Shown one piece after another: positions 37,333 to 45,248 of a stretch of DNA of 64,000 nt. The stretch spans positions 2,655-66,654 of the forward strand of contig CASEQD010000005.1 in assembly GCA_949289935.1 (NCBI GenBank), in the 5' to 3' direction. Each line of letters opens with the position of its first letter. Positions within the stretch are counted from its first letter, which is position 1. This DNA is from an uncultured Pseudomonadota bacterium (GTDB lineage: Bacteria; Pseudomonadota; Alphaproteobacteria; RF32; CAG-239). The translations under genes and the position numbers were made by a program. The notes under the pieces were generated by a model. The model ran no database searches and was not told where the DNA came from. It saw only the letters and a list, made by a program, of their open reading frames with translations.

Positions 37333-37361
37333 TTTACTTTACTTATTGCATCCTATATAAT
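37333..37361 (+). promoter_or_regulatory. candidate promoter of cassette 2
   Basis: TTTACT (37333-37338), 17-nt spacer, TATAAT (37356-37361), about 33 nt before the ATG at 37394. Confidence 0.4.
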
Positions 37362-37393
37362 CCTCACACAAATTGAAATAAGGATATGCATAA

Positions 37394-38158
37394 ATGGACT
37401 TATCAGTCAAAATAATGAGTAAAATTGACACATTATCAAGTATTTTGAATTTTCAAACGGATGATACATCTGTTTACTGGCGAGGAGCTTTATTCAAAGC
37501 TTATCCTTTTTTGGACGAAAAAAAATGTTTAAATATGGCTTGGAATGAAAGAAAAGAATATTTAACGGCAGAATTATCAAAAATCTATGATAAAATTGAA
37601 ATAGACTTACAAAAAAAATGTTTTATTTTCCAAAAAAGTTGGAAAGAAAACAAAGAAAAAATAAATCATATTTACACAAAAGTTTTTGGTATTGATTGCG
37701 ACAATCTTTTTAATACTATGATTGCAGAAGTTTCTCTTAATCCCATATGTCCCAGAAATCTCAGGCATCAAAGTTATTCTGTTACTTGGGCAGGAGATGA
37801 ACTTGACTTTCTAAAAACATCTCTTCATGAAATGGTTCATTTTGTTTGGTTTTATATATGGAAACAACATTTTAAAGATGATTGGTCTGAATATGAAGCA
37901 CCAAATTTAAAATGGATTTTAAGCGAAATGGTCATAGATACCTTTGTGAAAAATACAGATATCGGAAATATGTATCCTGAAAAGTATAAAAACAAACCAG
38001 CTTATAAATATTTTTATGATATGAAAATAAATAATCAAATTATTCTTGAAGAATTAACCTCTCTCTATATAAAGTCTAAAAATATAATACAATTTATGGT
38101 GGAAGCTTACTTATATTGTCAAATAAATGAAAAAGACATTAGACGGCAAATATTATAG
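37394..38158 (+). CDS. hypothetical HExxH protein (possible zincin-like) (cassette 2)
   Basis: 254 aa. SLHEMVHFVW has the HExxH motif, with a downstream Glu in LSEMVID 29 residues after the second His. No signal peptide. AT-rich. Confidence 0.5.
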   Translation: MDLSVKIMSKIDTLSSILNFQTDDTSVYWRGALFKAYPFLDEKKCLNMAWNERKEYLTAELSKIYDKIEIDLQKKCFIFQKSWKENKEKINHIYTKVFGIDCDNLFNTMIAEVSLNPICPRNLRHQSYSVTWAGDELDFLKTSLHEMVHFVWFYIWKQHFKDDWSEYEAPNLKWILSEMVIDTFVKNTDIGNMYPEKYKNKPAYKYFYDMKINNQIILEELTSLYIKSKNIIQFMVEAYLYCQINEKDIRRQIL

Positions 38159-38190
38159 TTAATTTTCCTATTTTAAGCCTCATACTCACT

Positions 38191-38330
38191 AGTCCGATAA
38201 CTGCACAGTATCGCGCACCATTTTTAAGAATGCACCCTTTGAGGTGCTTTTTTGTATGTGTTCCAAAGCCTTGCAAAGAGTCCGATTTTGGAAATTTTTA
38301 ATTTAGCATTTTTTACAAAGTTATCGGACT
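38191..38330 (+). repeat. cassette-boundary module, copy 2
   Basis: AGTCCGATAACTGCACAGTATCGCGCACCA (38191-38220). Hairpin GCACC-ctttga-GGTGC plus a T-run. AGTCCGAT (38279-38286), 36 nt, ATCGGACT (38323-38330). An extra AGTCCGATAA box lies at 38379-38388. Confidence 0.8.
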
Positions 38331-38557
38331 TTTTGATGAAAAGCCAATAAATTTAAGCATTTTATCTTCTAAAATTCTAGTCCGATAAAAATGATTGAAA
38401 ATTTAATTTATTCAGCATAACATTTTGACTATGGATATTTTAATTATAATCATAGCAGTAACTTTTTATGCCACTTGTAAAACGTGGCGAAATCTGTTTA
38501 ACCAAGAACAAAATCCGATTTATACTTGCAAAACTCTGCCGGGTGAGGAGATAAAAC

Positions 38558-39373
38558 ATGAACAAAAATTTAACATTTGCTGGTGCGGCGATTGTTATTC
38601 TTGGATTGTCGATGAGCATAGACTCTTTGTGTGCAAATACGCTTTCTGAAAAGAATGAGAATTTATCTATCGGCGAGGAAGTATTTTTTAATCCCTATAC
38701 TGGTTTACCATGTCATGAAACGGATGCTTGGAATCAAAGCAATCATACCAGCGAATGCTACCGCTGGCATGTTATCAAAGACAACGGCGACAGTTGTGAT
38801 TTGTTGCTCGATCACAACCTCGGTGCCAGAGTGCCGTGGTTAAGTTACGAAGATTTTATTTCGGCCGGCGGTACTCCTGACAAATACGGCGCCTCGGGCA
38901 ATAATCGCTACGGGCCGTTGACCGCGTTAAAAGAGCTGCAAAAGACTACCGGGTCGTTTAAAAATGTTGAAATCTTGACTGCTGATGACAATGTATCGCG
39001 TTCCGTCGGCGGCGCAGGCTATACCGTTGATTACACCGGTTATAAAGCACGGTTGATAAGCGCGGCAGAGCTGGCTGCTCTGTCTGCTAGCAAACCAATG
39101 AAAGATGGCAATGCTTGGCAAGCCTCAAGCGGCAGTTATATTCACGCTTTGCCTCAATGGCTTTATACAAATCTCGGCCGTCCGGATATAGCGCAGCCCG
39201 AGATTCATGTCGCCTACTATACCGATACTGCGCACGCCGTCAAATCGGATACTGTCTGGGTAGTTTGTCTGGGCAGCAATCTTGGCAAAGCTTCCGTAAC
39301 CACAATGAGCCGTTATGGACAGGAACTTTTGGGTATTCGTCCGGTCATCAAAGTAAAGAAAAACAAGCTATGA
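38558..39373 (+). CDS. secreted protein, DUF1566-like C-terminus (cassette 3)
   Basis: Signal peptide MNKNLTFAGAAIVILGLSMSIDSLCA, with a GAGGAG RBS 7 nt upstream. The ARLISAAELAAL and C-terminal GIRPVIKV motifs parallel WCLPSGGVL and VRPVIEF in 28426..29304. Confidence 0.55.
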   Translation: MNKNLTFAGAAIVILGLSMSIDSLCANTLSEKNENLSIGEEVFFNPYTGLPCHETDAWNQSNHTSECYRWHVIKDNGDSCDLLLDHNLGARVPWLSYEDFISAGGTPDKYGASGNNRYGPLTALKELQKTTGSFKNVEILTADDNVSRSVGGAGYTVDYTGYKARLISAAELAALSASKPMKDGNAWQASSGSYIHALPQWLYTNLGRPDIAQPEIHVAYYTDTAHAVKSDTVWVVCLGSNLGKASVTTMSRYGQELLGIRPVIKVKKNKL

Positions 39374-39445
39374 TAAGCGAAGATTGTTTGCAACATATGA
39401 TATTGAATAATATTTGTATTTACTCCTGTTGTACTAACAAAATAA

Positions 39446-39730
39446 CCATCCAAAGTCCTGGCCTTTGCTTTCAGTCTGGCGGCGGAAATAGAAAGAAACT
39501 TAATCTCCCAAAGGACTAAATCATCTCTTGCTAATCTTAAAGCGTCTGGCAAGAAACTCGGACGCCCGTTTTCCGCAGAGTCAAAAAAGCTCAAACTCTC
39601 AAAAAATGCTAAAAAGGTACGGAATTTATTATCTAAAGGCATCTCCAAGTCCCAAATTGCTAAAATCCTCGGCGTCCAGCGCAGCACATTGAGGCGGTTT
39701 ATTGAAAGAATATCTGAAACAAAGGCTTAA
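39446..39730 (+). pseudogene. serine recombinase (resolvase/invertase) remnant; C-terminal half only
   Basis: Hand translation gives PSKVLAFAFSLAAEIERNLISQRTKSSLANLKASGKKLGRPFS...SKSQIAKILGVQRSTLRRFIERI. This matches the resolvase E-helix (AE.ER.LI..RT) plus the GRP linker and HTH. An in-frame stop at 39443 leaves no catalytic Ser domain. Confidence 0.7.
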
Positions 39731-39754
39731 CATCTCTTCAAACTTACTAAGAAA

Positions 39755-41008
39755 TTATATATCCAAGCAATTAGGATTTAGCAAAAATTCTTTTAACCCT
39801 AAAATTAAAATACCGTCATCATCTTGATAGGTCGCCACATCATCCTTTACAATAATTATTTTTTTAAATGAATCACCTATTTTTAATAAAGAGCGTTTTT
39901 CTTGAGTTTCTTTTGCTTTTGTTGGCATTTGTAAGGCTGATTGAATATAATATTTTTTATAACCGCAGTTTACTACAAAATCAACTTCTGTTTTTTTGTT
40001 AATGTATGTATTATTGGCTTGTTTTTCTTTAATAAGAACCTCTCCAACGTCAACATCACAGCCACGAATTTTCAATTCATTATAGATTATATTTTCCATG
40101 ATATGGCTTTCTTCTGTTTGCCTAAATCGTAAACGCGAATTTCGTAATCCTAAATCAGTAAAATAGTATTTAGATGGAGTGTTTATATATTTTTTACCTT
40201 TAATGTCATAACGCAACGCATTACTAATTAAAAAAGAATCTTGCAAATAATCAATATAGTTTTTAATTGTAGGCGCTGAAATATCTAGTTTTTTTACGCT
40301 CTTAAAAGTATTGGTTAATATTAACGGATTTACTAAGCAACCAATATCTGAAGCTAAAATATTTATTAATTCTTCTAGTTCTTCATCATTGCGGATATTA
40401 TGCCGGTCTTTGATATCTTGAATATATGTTTCAGTAAATAAAGACTGTAAATACTTCCGTTTTTCTTCATCTGTTTGACGAGATAAAATCATAGGCATAC
40501 CACCATAAGTATAATATTCTTTCCATGCATCAATCCAAGATCCTTCATAAACAGAAAAGAATTCTGCAAAACTGAGAGGATAAACCCTGATTTCATCTCC
40601 TCTACCTCTAAATTCCGTTACAATGTCGGTAGATAAAAATTTAGAATTGCTTCCGGTTACATATACATCTAAATTTTCAATGTGTAAAAAGCCATTTAAA
40701 ACATCTGAAAAATTATCCATTAGCTGAACTTCATCTAATAACAAATAATGCATTTCAGAATCAATGATATGTGATTTGACATAGTTATAACATTCATCTG
40801 GTTGACGATATTTCATATTTGGATAGTCATCTAAAGCCAAAGTAATGATTCTTTTTTCAGAAACCCCTTCATCCAGCAAATGTTGCTTGAAAAGTTGAAA
40901 CAATAAATAGGATTTACCACAGCGTCTTATTCCACTAACTATTTTAACTAATCCGTTGTGTTTTTTGTTGATTAGTTGAGTAAGGTAATTTGTTCTTTCA
41001 ATTTTCAC
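39755..41008 (-). CDS. AAA+ ATPase, DUF4143-type ATP-binding protein
   Basis: 417 aa. N-terminal R.NYL..LI......VKIVSGIRRCGKSYLL (Walker A) and a LLLDEVQ Walker B-like motif. The layout is typical of the AAA_14/DUF4143 family. Confidence 0.75.
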   Translation of the reverse strand: MKIERTNYLTQLINKKHNGLVKIVSGIRRCGKSYLLFQLFKQHLLDEGVSEKRIITLALDDYPNMKYRQPDECYNYVKSHIIDSEMHYLLLDEVQLMDNFSDVLNGFLHIENLDVYVTGSNSKFLSTDIVTEFRGRGDEIRVYPLSFAEFFSVYEGSWIDAWKEYYTYGGMPMILSRQTDEEKRKYLQSLFTETYIQDIKDRHNIRNDEELEELINILASDIGCLVNPLILTNTFKSVKKLDISAPTIKNYIDYLQDSFLISNALRYDIKGKKYINTPSKYYFTDLGLRNSRLRFRQTEESHIMENIIYNELKIRGCDVDVGEVLIKEKQANNTYINKKTEVDFVVNCGYKKYYIQSALQMPTKAKETQEKRSLLKIGDSFKKIIIVKDDVATYQDDDGILILGLKEFLLNPNCLDI

Positions 41009-41235
41009 AACACCCTCCTATTTTAAATAATTGTACACATGTCAAGTTTTATAAAATATACTGTTAAAAGTTTTTGTTGTCAATGTTTATTTTAAAAATT
41101 CATACAACTGTTCAGTTTTATAAAATAAGATGCAGCTGTCTGAAAATATTATGCCAGTAGTAAATTTGATTTGGTAATGCCACAATCAAACAACTCAATT
41201 TTCCTACCCAAGTCTTTAAATTCCTCATATTCGTT

Positions 41236-41397
41236 AGTCCGATAATCGCATAGTATCGCGCACCATTTGTTAATTTCTGGCGTTTTTAGCAGCTTATCGA
41301 ACGGTCTAGCTATTGAAAAAGCTATATTTTTTCCATCAGTTTTGCAGTCCGATAATATTAGTTTTAAAATGTCTCTTTTTTGTGAAATAATCGAACT
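41236..41397 (+). repeat. cassette-boundary module, copy 3 (degenerate, terminal)
   Basis: AGTCCGATAATCGCATAGTATCGCGCACCA (41236-41265). Hairpin TAGCT-attgaaaa-AGCTA plus T-rich sequence. AGTCCGAT (41346-41353), 36 nt, ATCGAACT (41390-41397, one G>A change). Confidence 0.7.
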
Positions 41398-41528
41398 TTT
41401 TAAGAATTTTTCAACATTTGCAGATGCCTTCTTAATTTGGAGGTTTTTAAAACGGATGATATTGCAAAAAAAACAATGAGGCGTAAAAAAGGGATTGTAA
41501 AATTGTCTTACAATCCCTTTTCTTTTTA

Positions 41529-42395
41529 CTATTCAAGTGGATCAAAGTCACTGCTAATTAATGAACCGGACTTTGAACGCCTCTCATAATCCGTGGATAT
41601 ATTAATACCGCGAAGATACAAGAGCAAAAGCAACAAGCCAAAAATTCCTGTATAAATCCAGGCGGCGTTGTCAACTTTTTTATTTATGATTTCAGCAAAT
41701 ACTTCTGGCTCTGAAGCATTGCGAAAACCGGAATCCGAATCAATAAAATAATATCTATCGCCGAAACCATAAATGTAATAACTCTTTCCGGCTTTAACAG
41801 CGATTCCCGAACCACTGATTTTTCCTTGAGGATAATTCTGTCCGGAAATGGTAACGAGTTGTGCGGTAGCTTTATCTACTGTCTTATAACCATCGTATTC
41901 AACCGAAGGGGCAAAAAGACTCACAACCGACGTACCAAACAAAGCAAGAGCCATACATCGTACCGTACATACAATAGTCCACCACCAAATCTCTTCATCG
42001 TCATCTTTTCCAAATAACCAGACTAAGATAAGAGATAGAACGAAGCCTGCTACAGGAGACAAAACAATAACTTTCCAGTAAATTCCGCCCGCTCCTTGAT
42101 AGGAAAAAGATAACTTTCTGATTAAAGAGAGAGCCTGAAAACAATCACTTTTTGAAAGAAAAACTTCGTCACTGTTAGAATAAACGCCGACAGAATCTCC
42201 AACGTGTAACTCTTCGCCGGAAAGCCAATCTTCAACGCCGCCATCAATCAGATAGCTGTTTCCATTAATGACAACGCTTTTCGAATTTTCAATTCTTTCA
42301 ATTCTTCCGCTGTTTTCCAAATGAAAATTGCCTTTTATTCCATGGCAGGAACTCAAAGTGAGGACGGCAAACAATAAAAATAGTAAATTTTTCAT
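41529..42395 (-). CDS. hypothetical lipoprotein / multi-pass membrane protein
   Basis: 288 aa. Lipobox LTLSSC, three internal TM segments and repeated soluble segments. Confidence 0.5.
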   Translation of the reverse strand: MKNLLFLLFAVLTLSSCHGIKGNFHLENSGRIERIENSKSVVINGNSYLIDGGVEDWLSGEELHVGDSVGVYSNSDEVFLSKSDCFQALSLIRKLSFSYQGAGGIYWKVIVLSPVAGFVLSLILVWLFGKDDDEEIWWWTIVCTVRCMALALFGTSVVSLFAPSVEYDGYKTVDKATAQLVTISGQNYPQGKISGSGIAVKAGKSYYIYGFGDRYYFIDSDSGFRNASEPEVFAEIINKKVDNAAWIYTGIFGLLLLLLYLRGINISTDYERRSKSGSLISSDFDPLE

Positions 42396-42603
42396 AATAA
42401 ATAAAGTTTAGATTAATAATACAATTTGCTGAACATAATACAAAAAAACGCAATTTTGTCAAGAAAAAATGAAAAAAAGTTCCAAAACACAAATATTTTA
42501 TTGGTTGATGCTTGAACATCATCCATAAAAAAACAATTTCTTCAGCAAAATTTTAGACAATAAAAAATCCCCGCAACAATTATGTTGTCGGGGAAACGTT
42601 TTT

Positions 42604-42891
42604 TTACGAAATAAGCATTTTTGCCACAATTGATAAAACCAGAATGCTTAAAATAACTGTCAGCCAGGTGAATTTTTCTCTCTTTTGCGGCTTTGTTTTG
42701 GGCAATATAAACAGCATAAAAAATGCCATGCCGAAACAATAAATAAAAAAGAGCAGCGATAAATCTTCTGCCATTGCAATCATCGGTGTTTGCAGTTTTT
42801 TGATATCCAATAAATGCAAAACGATCAGAAACAACAACAAACCGGTACAGACCGGAAACTTTCTGAATAAATCAATGATAAATTTCTTCAT
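42604..42891 (-). CDS. small hypothetical membrane protein
   Basis: 95 aa with three hydrophobic segments. Confidence 0.4.
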   Translation of the reverse strand: MKKFIIDLFRKFPVCTGLLLFLIVLHLLDIKKLQTPMIAMAEDLSLLFFIYCFGMAFFMLFILPKTKPQKREKFTWLTVILSILVLSIVAKMLIS

Positions 42892-43110
42892 AAAAACAAG
42901 TTGTTAAATGTAAGAATAATAACGGATAAAAACACAATAATTAACTTATAAATTACATATATACATAATATCAAAAATGTAAACAATTATTTTCAGAGAT
43001 GCTTCTCTTGGATTTACGGGAACACAGCGAAGGTTGATTGGCTGAGTGGATAAAAAGCAACCGCTTCCCGTAACGCCGTATTTTGTAGTTTTGAAAATGA
43101 CGTTATAAAA

Positions 43111-44091
43111 TTAAAAATCTTTTACCGCCTGTTTGTTTGCAAATTTTTGTGCAACCAGATTGGATTTACATTGTTTTTGCATCTTATCAGCAAATTTCAA
43201 TAAACTTTCCATCCGGGCAATATCTTCCGCTTCCATAAAATTAGTATACAAACCGCCGTCTTTATAAATGTGGATGACTTTTTGTTGAAAAGCATAAACT
43301 TTATCTATTTCTTCAGATGTTGCAGCTTTCCTTAAATTATACTCCACAGCCCCTTTTAACAGTTCATCAGATTTTTGTGTGTCTTCTTCGGATCCAAGAA
43401 TTCTAAAGCTTTGCAGATAATCCGAAAATTTAACTTTGGATGTTTTTAATGTTTTATCAAAATCTTCGGCAAACTTTTTGCTTTTCCCGAAATATACATC
43501 TTGTATAAAAGCATTGTTTTCTACTTTTTCTCCCATGAGCAAATCTGCTACAATAACTTGTGAAGCATATCCTGCATTTGCTCCCGGGCCGACACGGCCG
43601 TTGGCTCTGCTTGCCAAAGCATCTGTTATGGCTTCATTTAAATCGGCGCTTGTTGTCGTAACAATATTTCCTCGTCCGTCAAATTCTGTATATCTTGATC
43701 CGATTTTTATATAGCCTCCGCCATTTTCGGTTTTGCCGCTGTTGGAAGAGAAAGCGTGCAAAACTTCGTGTGTTATAATATGGTTGCTTGCTTGAGAACA
43801 TATTGCAATACCTTGAGTCGTTTTGTATGATCTGCTGTCAGAGCTTGCAAAAAACTTATATGCAGCAGCGCCTGCCGGAACTTTAACATCACAAAGTTTA
43901 CCATTTTCAAGTCTTTTGCAACTTCGATTATTATCACATAAAACAACCGTCAGATCTTTGTATATTTCATCAACTTTATCTTTCCAGTCGTCAGGAGAAA
44001 TTTTTCGTGCAAAATCTTTCGCAGATTTTAATATTCCGGCGATTTTAGGATCCTCTTGCGTTTCAGAATAATCTGATTTTCTGAAAATCAT
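43111..44091 (-). CDS. hypothetical zincin-like metalloprotease (HExxH + NEAxTD)
   Basis: 326 aa. IITHEVLHAF (HExxH) is followed 41 residues later by LNEAITD, which resembles the gluzincin NEAxSD third-ligand motif. No signal peptide. Confidence 0.5.
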   Translation of the reverse strand: MIFRKSDYSETQEDPKIAGILKSAKDFARKISPDDWKDKVDEIYKDLTVVLCDNNRSCKRLENGKLCDVKVPAGAAAYKFFASSDSRSYKTTQGIAICSQASNHIITHEVLHAFSSNSGKTENGGGYIKIGSRYTEFDGRGNIVTTTSADLNEAITDALASRANGRVGPGANAGYASQVIVADLLMGEKVENNAFIQDVYFGKSKKFAEDFDKTLKTSKVKFSDYLQSFRILGSEEDTQKSDELLKGAVEYNLRKAATSEEIDKVYAFQQKVIHIYKDGGLYTNFMEAEDIARMESLLKFADKMQKQCKSNLVAQKFANKQAVKDF

Positions 44092-44668
44092 ATTATTTCT
44101 CCAATATTTTAATTGATTTTATCGTATCATTTTTTCTTGGTTAATGCAATATCTTAACCAACAACCGTATCCCATGTGTTCATTTTAAATGACAGAATCT
44201 GTTTTTTTATCGCACACTGCCGCAGCGGTATAAAATGTGCATAAACGGAATTTTTTATCTTGATTTAGAGTAAACTCTAAAATTTATAATCAAAACAAAA
44301 AACACGGAAAACAACAGGGATAAAATGAAAAAAATGGTTTTGATTGTTTTGTACGCAACAGGCCGGCAAACTGGCGGCGTTTTCTGAGCCGTTCGCCGTT
44401 GCGCCGGAACATGAGCTGCCGGTGGTTAAGCTGTCGAAAAAAAAGTCTTGCCGGACAAGCGGATGATCTGGCTTTGCATCCGTGGTATGAATCAATAGAT
44501 ATGCTTTTGACAGAAGCAGAATCCGCCGGCATAAAAATCTTAACGCCTCAGATGGGCGAAAAGCTCATTCCCGGAATTTCCCAAACCGGAAAATGGTGGA
44601 AAAAGCTTGCAATAGACAAAAAATAATGCTAACTTAACAAAGAATATAAATTATTAAATATTATAATT

Positions 44669-45205
44669 ATGGAAAACAAAAGTTTTTTAAAGTTGCTTCT
44701 GCAAGCGAAGCAAAAAAGAGATGTTATGCCGCAAATGCTGTTGGATGCTTTTTGCCGTGAGTGTTGGATCAGCCGCCGCAATTGGAATTTGTCAGAAGAT
44801 AGAAAATTGTGGGAAGACTGTTTTACGGAATTCGGCGATGTGCTCAAATCTTTGCCTGCCGATGAAAAAATGCGAATAATTCCGCAGCTCGTTTCTAAAA
44901 GCAAAATCTGGCCGTCTTTTATGTTTTTAGCCAGAGAGCTTTTTGACCAGCTGTCTCCGGAAGAGCAAAAGAGCCTTGAAATTCCGGTGGTCAGGTGGAC
45001 GCGGAATGACAAAGAAAGAATCATTTCCCAAGAGGAATTCCTTTGGTTGAAAGCCAATGGATTTCGTTGCTGGGAAAATAAAGAACATCCGGGAATATAT
45101 CTGCGGCCGGCCCGGTTTGAAGATTTTGAATGCTTTTACAAACTCTTGAGCATGATACAAGATTCGGAAACCGAGGCCTATATGTATTTTCCCGGAGATG
45201 AATAG
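44669..45205 (+). CDS. hypothetical protein
   Basis: 178-aa ORF. The last ~40 aa (IYLRPARFEDFECFYKLL) resemble the start of a RimJ/RimL-type GNAT domain that is then cut off. Confidence 0.45.
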   Translation: MENKSFLKLLLQAKQKRDVMPQMLLDAFCRECWISRRNWNLSEDRKLWEDCFTEFGDVLKSLPADEKMRIIPQLVSKSKIWPSFMFLARELFDQLSPEEQKSLEIPVVRWTRNDKERIISQEEFLWLKANGFRCWENKEHPGIYLRPARFEDFECFYKLLSMIQDSETEAYMYFPGDE

Positions 45206-45248
45206 GAAATTTTCGACCAAAAAAGCATTGCTTCATGCAATGCTTTTT

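Noticed and set aside
38425-38649. 74-aa ORF upstream of and overlapping the cassette-3 gene
   Set aside because: It has a non-ATG start and no RBS. It overlaps the 38558 start, which has a GAGGAG RBS and a good signal peptide.
39115-39687. Track ORFs 39115..39519(+) and 39313..39687(-)
   Set aside because: They overlap the 3' end of the secreted-protein gene and the resolvase remnant in the wrong frame or strand. The third + frame gives a textbook resolvase E-helix and HTH instead.
36075-41397. Classical integron (IntI plus attC sites)
   Set aside because: There is no tyrosine integrase, attI or Pc in the window. The palindrome ends (…AAAGTTATCGGACT) do not fit the attC R' consensus GTTRRRY cleanly. 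Each module also contains a tRNA-like box and a terminator, which attC sites lack. I therefore describe it only as integron-like in logic.
43025-43090. 9-bp inverted repeat TTACGGGAA...TTCCCGTAA, and the 11-mer GCTTCCCGTAA shared with the terminator at 4205-4215
   Set aside because: It is a single shared 11-mer in 64 kb with different flanks. This is compatible with chance, and no further copies were seen.
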